From contig NC_068982.1 of assembly GCF_001194135.2 (NCBI RefSeq), positions 158,979,604 through 159,043,603 on the forward strand: a stretch of 64,000 nt of DNA, given 5' to 3'. Both the position numbers and the translations under genes were made by a program. The notes beneath the pieces are model-generated. The model was not told the DNA's origin, ran no database searches, and worked only from the letters and a program-made list of their open reading frames with translations. This DNA comes from Octopus bimaculoides (taxonomy: Eukaryota). This document shows, in pieces, positions 53,551 through 64,000 of this stretch. Numbering within the stretch: position 1 is the first letter of the stretch; every line of letters starts with the position of its first letter.

Positions 53551-53897
53551 TTCATGCAGAAAATAAAATAACAAGTGCGATGCATTCATCAGTGGATATC
53601 AAAAAAGGAAGCCTTAAGAGAAAAGCTATATTTCTCGAAATATAGCTGGTGAAGTAGAGAAACTGATGTTGCAAATAACCGAAAGAAATAAAAACTGAGA
53701 AATCCTAGTGTTCCATATGCTTTTATAATCTCTATACCTACAGAAATTCACAAGGTCATGCAGGTTGTGAAGTCAGGTAATTTCCAGGGAAGCACTCGAC
53801 CCGAATACGGGGCTATATATACTTATTGAGAGAGGGAGAGGAAGAGAGAGAGATGCATACATACACACAGACATTTTTATATATACTATATATACAA

Positions 53898-54268
53898 TTT
53901 TTACTTTTACTTGTTTCACTCAATAAACTGCGTGTATGCTGGGGCACCGCCTTGTGGAATTTTAGCCGAACGAACTGACGCCTGTACTAATGTTTTAAGC
54001 TTGATACTTTTTCTAAATTTTCTTACTGAAACTCTAAGTTATGGGTATGCAATCTCACTGGTACCCGTTGTCAATCAGTGGGTGGGACGCGTGTACACGC
54101 ACATACACACAGACATACACACACACATACACAAACACATGTATATACTAGGAGCTTCTTTCTACGAAATCCACTGACAATTGTGTGGCCAAGATGGCTG
54201 CTCAAAGTAAAGCCGGAACTATGTGACAGGGGACGAAACGCCTTACCACATAGCCATACTTGCGCCTA
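53898..54268 (-). mobile_element. Degenerate CORE-like SINE family A, near full length
   Basis: Head TAGGCGCAAGTATGGCTATGTGGTAAG and tail GGCGGTGCCCCAGCATAC...GAAACAAGTAAAAG. Confidence 0.8.
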
Positions 54269-54551
54269 CACATACATATTTTATATAGATAAATACAGAT
54301 AAATGGCACAAATACACACACAACAAACACACATACACACACTCGCACTTATACATACAAACAAACAAATAAACATACAAGCAAACACATACATACGCTC
54401 ATAAACAACTAGATTGCGCGTAAGTCTTGGATAAGTGAAGGAAAAATTAGAAAGTTATAAGTAAAGAACACACCAGTAAGGGTCTCAATTGCGAAGGGTT
54501 TCAAGCAATGAAATACCATCTCTCTATATCACTTCACCACAAGACTAGAAA

Positions 54552-54830
54552 TTGCCATCAAGGACATTGAGTGGAAAGGTAGCGTGAACGTCAATGGTGA
54601 GCAACTAACACTCCTCCGATACACAAACGACACTGCGCTCATCGCTGAAACCACAGACCGTCTGCAGACCATGATGACAGATCTGGACACTCAGAGCTTT
54701 GCGGGAGGTCTTCAAATATGAATATGTATATGTAAATATATAACTGAAATATATATAATGTGATGCATGCAGAAGTGATGCAATGGACCGACCAAATTGG
54801 AGGAGAAAATGTCTAAGTAGTCGATACTGT
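54552..54830 (+). mobile_element. RTE-clade LINE reverse transcriptase fragment
   Basis: Reads VNVNGEQLTLLRYTNDTALIAE...LQTMMTDLD...GLQI (compare RTE I.G..L..LRFADD..L.A...LQ.M...L...GL.IN). Confidence 0.75.
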
Positions 54831-55422
54831 GTTTGATGATAAAAAGCGGAAAGATACACTGAAAAAAAGAGAGGTCAGAAAGGGTTTGCTTGTGGCCAAT
54901 GATCCTTCTCTGCTAACTTGCGAACTTGCAACCGTATGTATATCACCCAAATTGGACTGGATAGTCATAAGCGGAAGCACGTGTTTAGGCCTCTGACTGA
55001 CTTTTCAGTTACAATCTCATGAATTACTTTGCTCTGCTTGGAATAAAAATTGCAGAAGTAAATTTGTATTTTCAGGGCATATGGAATGTCACAATAACAA
55101 TTTCCAGCAGTCTTTAGAGCGAGATCAAAACATTTTCATGTCTGTGTGTAAATTTTGTCAATCTCTTTCTAGACTAAAGACTAATTTCCGTTCACACAGC
55201 GTGTAGACTATCTTTAGCCATCTTCAAGTAATTTTAAACTTGTTGGTTTTTAACTAGACTGGTGCCTATGTGTATGCACTCTGTCAATGCTGGTTTTGAG
55301 AAGAATCATATTCGACGAACGAATCGACAACCATTATATATATGCATGTATGTATATATCTATCTATCTGTCTATCAATCTATATATATATATATGTGCG
55401 TGTGTGCGTGTGTGTGTGTATT

Positions 55423-55461
<39 letters not shown>

Positions 55462-55669
55462 NNNNNNNNNNNNNNNNNNNNNNNNNNNNNNNNNNNNNNN
55501 NNNNNNNNNNNNNNNNNNNNNNNNNNNNNNNNNNNNNNNNNNNNNNNNNCCTGCAGAAGCCAGAAGGAGGGGTCACAGTTAGGGGCATACGAAACTTGAA
55601 ACCGAATAAAACTGCTTTGAATAGTATACACACGCGCGCGTTTGTGTATATATATATATATATAGGTGT

Positions 55670-55750
55670 AGGCGTAGGCGTGGCTGTGTGGTAAGACGTT
55701 TGCTTCCAGGTCATATAGTTGTCGGTACAGCTCGACTGTGTAACACCTTG
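55670..55750 (+). mobile_element. CORE-like SINE family A, tRNA-like head only
   Basis: AGGCGTAGGCGTGGCTGTGTGGTAAGACGTTTGCTTCC. Confidence 0.7.
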
Positions 55751-56920
55751 ATGTTGGGAACCAATCATCTTACCAAGCAACCACGCCTGCGTTGAGATAT
55801 TGATTAAGGTTGAAAGAAAAGACTATATTTTATTACAAACAAGCGTGATAGTTAATAGAAAAGGTAGAATGGCAGATGAAATCTGTTAATGTTATACTAA
55901 TTCTATTGTTTTGTATCTCTAAAATAAGTTTCATTAGAACTGGCTATGATCAAAACCATATCAGACATCTTCATCTCATCGTATATATTTTTCAGAATAC
56001 TCTACGTAGACCTGCACAAGACAATGTTACTGTTTATTTTTTCGAAAGGATAACGTGTTATTCGATAGTAAACTATTTCTTGAATATTGCTGCACTAGAA
56101 AACGGAACAGTTAATAGGGAAGAGGTTTTGTTTATGCGTTAATGGTTTAGCTGCAGATCAAAACTTGTGGTTACATTACTACAATTGTAGATATTTCGCT
56201 TTTCTTTTCTCATACATTGATGTGATGTGAGAGATATTTTCTGGTGTTCTTGGAGGACGAATTACTACGTAGATAACTATTTCTAGTGTTGGTTGTGATA
56301 TTGATTTTTAAAATGTTATCGTTGTTCATAGAGTACATGCTGCATGATCAAAGGCATGATAGCATGAAAATTAGGTAGGGTACCTTATAGAATGTTTCTT
56401 TTTATTATGTAAAACGGTAGATGTGAATATTTGGATGCTATTTTGCTACATTCTTATTTGAAATTTTATGGCTCTTAGTATTCTCAGAGTTGTCAAATCC
56501 TGTGAGAAACTGATGTCGACGATATACTTTTTGTACACTTGTAATGATTTAGTGATGTTGATGATGTGTTCTAGTTTAATCCCGTGTCACCTGTAGGATG
56601 TTATTTGTAATATTAGTGACATTTGTTGCAATGGGGAAGCTCATGTTGTCTTTATTACCTTCGCCAAAATAAACGTGTTACAGCTGTTGTTACGTTTCTT
56701 CTCTTTTTTCTCTCTGTGGTATGTATCAGTATTCTTATGGTTAAAACTTTGGCAGCGATAATGACAATGTCGTTTGTTTCTAATATGTTTGACATCCTAG
56801 ATTGTGATAATTTCTTATCTTAATGCTTTAGTAATTATTGCTTATGAGGTTATTGCTCTCAAAATTACTCCTAGCTTAATTATTTATAAGTTTTTTTCTG
56901 TGCACTAGTTTAAGTGGTAG

Positions 56921-56990
56921 TAGTGTTGCTGGTGTCGATGGCGGTGCTAGTGTTGCTGGTGTCGATGGCGGTGCTAATGTTGCTGTTGAT
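56921..56990. repeat. 27-bp tandem repeat, about 2.5 copies
   Basis: TAGTGTTGCTGGTGTCGATGGCGGTGC at 56921 and 56948, then a partial copy. Confidence 0.9.
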
Positions 56991-57873
56991 TTTACTGTTG
57001 ATGCTTGAATTTTCCATTATTAGCATAATTGATCATTATTTGTAGGACGTGGTATCTACGTTCAGTTATTTCTCTTCATATGTTTAACCTCTTTTTTTTT
57101 CTTTCTAGGAAATGTTTTATCAATAAAATATGCTAATAGTCCTTAAGTATTTGAATGGAGGTAATCCAAGAAAAAATCCAAAACAGCTGATCAATAGCAT
57201 AACTTCCCGTTAGATTTTTCATATTAACAAAAAAGAATCTAAATTTGTAGTCAAATTTCTGTCGAAACTCTATCTCAGTCGCCCCCCTACCACTGTTTCG
57301 CCATCTTTCATACTTTCTCTCATTCACTATTTTAAAACATGGCTCGCTCATTCACACGCTCATATGCCCACTCGCTCACTCACCTCACTCACCTCAATCA
57401 CTACTTATTCACTCAATCACTCACTCAATCACTTACTCAAACACCTACTCACTAACTAGTTCACTCACCTTGCCTCTTTATCTCTTTACCATTTCTCTCT
57501 TTCAATCATTTTCTCACACTCACTCTTAAAAGCAAGATATTTTGGCTTTATAACAGCCAGTCCTCTGTGGTTTCTTCATTCCAAGGAAGTGAAAATAATT
57601 AATGAAATAAAATAAAAAGAAACTCCCAAAGAACATGAAATCAAAAAATTAATAAGAACAAACTTAAATCTCTTGTAAATAAAATTTCTGTAACTGAACT
57701 GATGCATTACTTTCCAATGTTGCGTATTAAATTATTACAAAGATTTTCTTCTCTTTTGACAAAAGGCATTTTGGAACGTAAAACATGCATGCATAAAAGA
57801 ATACATACAGACGAAGATTATTCCAAGCGAACGCATACACAAATCCATCTACGTATAACCTTATTCGCCCCTG

Positions 57874-58022
<149 letters not shown>

Positions 58023-58480
58023 GCCTTTATCAGACATTCTCCCACACACAAACACACACACTTAAAAATACATGTACTCATGCACCAGCATTCACTTTTT
58101 TGATTGTATGTACGTAACAGTGAACACATCTGCGTGTGTGTATTTATGTATATATATATATATATATATAAATATATATATATATCATACATACACGCAT
58201 ATGTATATACATATGTATATTATACGTATGCATTTATGTCAAGATAGATGAATGTATAAAGGAGATACTAAATTTTAAATTACTCTTAGAAAATATCACT
58301 GGTGCCCGCCAAATTGATTAAGGCATACGAAATATTTGTGTTTGTGGAAACTACAGCGTATGAATGAATACTTTGTGTTCTATCGGTTTCAAGTAATTTC
58401 TATACAGTTATATATTGGAATGTAGTAGCTTACCCAACATGACGGGACGAGGGGATCACATCTTTGTTAAATACACAATA

Positions 58481-58921
58481 CAATATTCTTTTCTACTCTA
58501 GCCACAAGGCCCGAAATGTTTAGGGAAGGGGCAAGTCGATTAGATCGACCCCAGTACGCAACTGATACTTAATATACTGACGCCGAAAGGATGACAGATA
58601 AAGTCGACCTCGGCGGAATTTGAACTCAGAACGTAAAGACAGACGAAATACCGCTAAGCATTTCGCCCGACGTGCTAACGGTTCTGCCAGTTCGTTGCCT
58701 TTACACATTACAATATTCTTTTCCAATCTAGCCGCAAGGCCCGAAATGTTGGGGAAAGGGGCCAGTCGACTAGATCGAACCCAGTACGCAACTAGTACTT
58801 AACGTATCGACTCCGAAAGGATGAAAGGCAAAGTCGGCCTCGGCGGAATTTGAATTCAGAACATAAAGGCAAACGAAATACCGCGAAGCATTTCATCCGG
58901 AGTGTTCAAGTTTCTGCCAGC
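58481..58921 (-). mobile_element. Tandem dimer of SINE family B (period 230 bp)
   Basis: Copies at 58481-58701 and 58711-58921 each have an A-box TGGCAGAA(A/C)C, a B-box and the core. CAATATT occurs at 58481, 58711 and 58921. Confidence 0.92.
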
Positions 58922-59584
58922 AATATTGAAATAGGAAATACTATACGATATGGAGTTAGATGCATTGCATGAAACACACATAGGATCGTTCATGCACGGA
59001 TGGTTTATATTATAAGTCAGACTCTGTAAAAACAAATCAACGATAAATAAAAACAGGTAAATTTTAATTATTTACAAATGAAGAGCAGCAGATGTAGCAT
59101 TTTCAGCATCACAATGTGAGATGAAAAATTATCCTTTAAGTAGATTCCTAATCTACATGTATTCACCAAAGGGCATTCCGTTGAAGCCAACCAAAAGGGA
59201 AGTGATGGTGTAGAAAACAGATGAAAAAAATTAATCTACTATCCAACACCAATAATGCATTTGATGACCGCCCACTTAGATTCTTACTGCAATAATTTAA
59301 CAGAATTAATATTCACCGCCGTGAGATTTGGTTGGACACCAATGCCAGTTCGCGCGTGTTATCGCATTAAAACGCTGTCACATTAGATACATGTGCCTGA
59401 CACTCGAATTCAGTAAACTCGAATTCAGATATTTACTTATAATACCTGTGACAAACGAATTAGTTAATTCACATCTAAAATAGCTCCACGCGCTCTCACG
59501 TACATAAACAGATTCTGAAACACATACATTCCTCCACTCCAACATGTGTGTGTGTACGTACGTGCGTGTTTCTGAGTGTGTGTG

Positions 59585-59814
59585 TTATTTCTTTACTACC
59601 CACAAGGGGCTACACACAGAGGGGACAAACAAAGACAGACAAACGGATTAAGTCGATTATATCGACCCCAGTGCGTAACTGTTACTTATTTAATCGAACC
59701 CGAAAGGATGAAAGGCAAAGTCAACCTCGGCGGAATTTGAACTCAGAACGTAGCGGCAGACGAAATACCGCTAAGCATTTCGCCCGGCGTGCTAACGTTT
59801 CTGCCAGCTCGCCT
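59585..59814 (-). mobile_element. SINE family B, well-preserved full-length copy with a different 3' module
   Basis: GGCGAGCTGGCAGAAACGTTAGC head, GAGTTCAAATTCC B-box, GCCTTTCATCCTTTCGGG core and 3' end ...CCCCTTGTGGGTAGTAAAGAAATAA. Confidence 0.93.
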
Positions 59815-62554
59815 ACATACAGTGTGTGTATGTAGGTATGCATGCATGTATGCATGTATGTACGGTTATATATATAAACACACACACACACACACACACG
59901 CACACACACACGCACACANNNNNNNNNNNNNNNNNNNNNNNNNNNNNNNNNNNNNNNNNNNNNNNNNNNNNNNNNNNNNNNNNNNNNNNNNNNNNNNNNN
60001 NNNNNNNNNNNNNNNNNNNNNNNNNNNNNNNNNNNNNNNNNNNNNNNNNNNNNNNNNNNNNNNNNNNNNNNNNNNNNNNNNNNNNNNNNNNNNNNNNNNN
60101 NNNNNNNNNNNNNNNNNNNNNNNNNNNNNNNNNNNNNNNNNNNNNNNNNNNNNNNNNNNNNNNNNNNNNNNNNNNNNNNNNNNNNNNNNNNNNNNNNNNN
60201 NNNNNNNNNNNNNNNNNNNNNNNNNNNNNNNNNNNNNNNNNNNNNNNNNNNNNNNNNNNNNNNNNNNNNNNNNNNNNNNNNNNNNNNNNNNNNNNNNNNN
60301 NNNNNNNNNNNNNNNNNNNNNNNNNNNNNNNNNNNNNNNNNNNNNNNNNNNNNNNNNNNNNNNNNNNNNNNNNNNNNNNNNNNNNNNNNNNNNNNNNNNN
60401 NNNNNNNNTATATATATGCAACGCACACATATATATTATTAATTAAATGGCAGCAAGTAAGAGAAGTTCATTCTGTTACTTGTTTCCAAAATGTGAGGGT
60501 CAACATGCTTTGCATATATTAGTATTTTTCCGAACCATATTTTCAACTTTCGAATTTCTAATTCACCAAGAGAACACGTTCTGTTTTTGTTTTTTTTTTT
60601 CCCTTCATCAAGTAGTCGGTTTATTAATCAATAAAATAACGTGACTGAAACAGCTGTAGTGAACGTTAACACTTTTGTATTCTTTCACATACATACATGC
60701 ATGCATATATACATATATGTGTGTGTGTGTGTGTTTGTATATGCGTGTTTGTGTGGGTGTCTGCGCATGTGTGTGTGTGTGTGTATTTATGTATGTAGGA
60801 ATACATTTAGAATCGTGTATTTGGCAGTATATTTTTATGTGTGCATATATAGAAATACATAACTATACAAGCATTTATATAAATATGTGTGTGTTTTCGC
60901 GCGCTGTATGTGTGTATGTCTGTATGTTACGTTTCACTACTTCAATTCCGAAACCCTAAAAGATTTTCCAAAGTGAAAACCTCTGATTTACGATATATTA
61001 TCTATCTTAATGCTCCTTCAACATATGGTAAATCTCCAATTTCTCTCTTCTTCGTTCTTATTGATAAAACTAAACTCCTTCATCATTTGAATTGTCAGAT
61101 CTGTAAGTCTTACATTTGTACAGATGCAACTTTATGTAAAAGAAATTTTGCACAAATACACATATAAATATAACTAATGAACTAAGTTATTCTGAGGTCT
61201 AACCATAGATATATTTCTTCATTTATTGTTTTTTCTTGAATTATATTCCTAATTGTGTAAGTGGTTTATAGTATCTGCGTGTAATACATTATCTTAATGT
61301 ATGGATCTTGTAGATGAGAAGCCTTTCATACTCTTCCATTACTTAGTAAATGGAAATATAGTGTTAATCCGTTATTCGTTTGAACATTAGAAATCTCAGC
61401 ATTCCAGGAAAAATGAGGTTTGATTTTTTAATTGAAACTACCCGTAAGAAATTTTTTGTAGTTCCGTCAGTCTATATCAGAAGCATAATATAAAGAAGGA
61501 CTTTGAATTAGAGGCACCATTCTTAGGGTCTGCCTCATTTAAGGAAAGTAGACCAACTGTTTATATTGTTTATATACAGACCATCAATGAGTGAGAAAAC
61601 CTATAATATAAAGGCGCTCAAGATATGGCCATCCTGTGTAACATTAGGCAATATGTCATATTAATCCTCCTTTAAATAGGTTAGTGTCGTATATGAGGAC
61701 GAAATGGCCGATCTTTCGGAAAGGTAAATCAACCAATATTTCGAGAATGTAAAACCCGAATCGGTGGCAACAATAATCATGTCATAAGATAGGGCGCAGT
61801 CGATCGAACATAGATATAATTATGAAATACGCATATTAGTGCAATACCAGTCATCTTCAATGGACTGAATTACCAGATTTCATCATTAGAGGAATGCTGT
61901 CGAAACTGAATATAATAAACGATTCAGACAAGCTTTAGGTTATAATCTTCTAATAATAAGAGCCGGCTAATTTTAAAATTTATTTTGTAATATATTGACA
62001 AGTGTATTATAAAGTATAAAATATAACCAAATCAAATTAATTTCCCCGGAATTCCCACCTAAATAAAATCCGTTTATATGTTTTACAAAGATCCTGTGAT
62101 CAGCATCACAGTCACAGTTTTATTACAATTTTCCACGTACTTGAAATAGTTTTAACTTCAAAAAAATTTACTAATGATAATAAGTATTATTTGTATGATA
62201 TGCAGTAAAATATAATTTTAAGCGAAGTGATATTACGTGTAAATAATTTAAATTACATATTATAATTGTGCGTTCGTTGATGATGACAATAGAATTAGAA
62301 TGCGCCTAGTTTGTATTAATATTTTATGAAAAACAGTACACGATCAATGCACCACCCAGTATTTCCATCCATGTAACAGTGTAAGCTTATATACCAGCGT
62401 TGTATGCTTATCTCCTTTTTTTAACAAGAATTTCATTAACGCTAATGAGATTTTGCTCCATTGCAGATAGTATTTCAATTAAGTAAAACTATTTCTGTAT
62501 TTCACTTAAACATCCATTCTACATAGCATGGGAACAACCGTTGCTGTCAGAGAT

Positions 62555-62665
62555 ATAATACTGGTTTTGAATTATGCCACAAGGCCAGCGGTCCAGAGAA
62601 GGAGCTTAGTCAATTACATCGACTCCAGTGATCAGCTGGTACTTATTTTATTAACCCTGAAAGAA
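62555..62665 (-). mobile_element. SINE family B, 3' half
   Basis: GCCACAAGGCCAGC...GTCAATTACATCGACTCCAGT...CTGGTACTTATTTTATT. Confidence 0.75.
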
Positions 62666-63667
62666 TTGCCACCATGGACATTAGCAAAACTATCTACAGT
62701 TAGCGGTTGAACTTGGTTCTCTGTCCAGTTTCAAAACTTAAGATATTATAGTGTCATGTTGATTTGTTTATTAAGTGTGGTAATGTGGTATATGAAGGGT
62801 TTATAGTTGAGGTCTGGAAATAACGCAAAAACGTGCTTTGATCGATTGGCATATATATTTCAATTCTAAATTCATGCTGATCCCGTCATTTGAAGTATGA
62901 GTAATAAATTCGAGATTTGATTTAACGGTAATATGAGAGACTGAAATGAAGTGATACAAAATCTTAACTACCTTTTATATATAATACATGCAAGAAAGTC
63001 TAAAATTATTTTATTTGGTTGAGCTCATGTGCGTGATTGATTTCTGCTCTCTAAATACTGCTGACAATTTGATGAATACATGAAAAATAGACAAAAGCAG
63101 AAAGCAAAAAATATAATGGATGAATGAATTTGATTGGATACAAAGGAAAAAATAAATGTTCAAGAAATATGCAACAATTCAAAACTGTAGCTATATTGAT
63201 AATAATAATCCTCAAATATATCGTTTGAAGTAACACAGTTTTGATCGCCATAAACCGTGCAGATACTTTGCAAGTTCTTCAAGAAATAGCAAAAAATTCT
63301 TCTCAAACAAAAGACAATATGAGTCAGATTTTACCAAAAATTCATTAACATTCATTTAATGATATTAATTATAAAACAGAAGGATATTTTTTATAAGAAC
63401 ATCAAAAGATGTATGCAGATTACCACTGAACTTTCTAGTTTAATTGCTATAGTTTTCTTCTATTAAAAGACTTTAGAAGTAATTAACATAGATCAATTGT
63501 CGTGTAATTGACATACATATAAAGAAATACTCTAGGTTTAGGTTACTGGATAACAGAGACATTTTCTTCTATATAACCGGGTTAACAGATATACACACAC
63601 ATATCTGTCTATACACACACGCACACACACATACACACGCGTACACATACATACATATATATATATT

Positions 63668-63965
63668 TCCAGAACTCAGCAGCGCCGCCTGGCTAGGGCT
63701 TGGCTGCTCTGCATTGACAAGGGGCAACACCCTGAAACTAGTCTAGTCTGCAGATGCCAAACCAGCAGGGGGACACTACTGACCTCCCCTGTTCGTAGGT
63801 TATAAAGGACACAGGTTTCGTGTGTCACATAGCTAGCTAGAGGCGATGGCTTCTTGGAGCTAATTCACGGCAGCTTTCGTCCTAATTCTGGGACAGCCAT
63901 GTTGGCTTGGCGATAACTATTAATTTCCAGTACCGCTGCCGTAGTCTCCTTTAGAGAGACTTAGA
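63668..63965. other. Unclassified GC-richer segment, probably an interspersed repeat or LINE 5' UTR
   Basis: Abrupt GC increase right after a (CA)/(TA) microsatellite, with no ORF and no motif I can assign. Confidence 0.35.
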
Positions 63966-64000
63966 AATATTAATAACTCTATTTCTGAAAACCAGTGGAT

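Noticed and set aside
63775-63880. HDV-like ribozyme suggested by CCTCCCCTG...GG and GAGCTAAT
   Set aside because: I could not form P1 and a canonical P3/L3 by hand; kept only as an unclassified element.

Overview
AT-rich eukaryotic DNA, largely non-coding, with dense microsatellites and about 14 N-gaps that mostly sit in or beside simple repeats. The SINE repertoire (a CORE-like tRNA-derived SINE and a second tRNA-derived SINE) looks like coleoid cephalopod DNA, probably Octopus; this is inference from remembered repeat families, not a database result. I found no intact protein-coding gene, rRNA, true tRNA or CRISPR array. Most ORFs in the supplied track are translations of microsatellites or gaps. 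The recognisable content is a graveyard of transposable elements: a decayed mariner abutting a Tc1 (5.6-7.7 kb), a near full-length Tc1 (41.7-43.1 kb), a 5'-truncated CR1-type LINE (18-20 kb), R4/Dong-like, RTE, Penelope-like and Gypsy-like fragments, several MITEs and at least 13 SINE copies. The most interesting observations are: (1) a hammerhead-ribozyme-like motif with a palindromic stem III and an unusually long stem II at the end of a Penelope-like remnant (46.47-46.56 kb); (2) a 3' tail shared by the CR1 LINE and the CORE-like SINE; (3) a double-headed mariner derivative; (4) a spacerless palindrome of about 190 bp; (5) head-to-tail SINE stacks; (6) a stop-poor, possibly MATH/TRAF-like relic reading frame; and (7) several candidate minus-strand exons or splice signals of an unidentified host gene.
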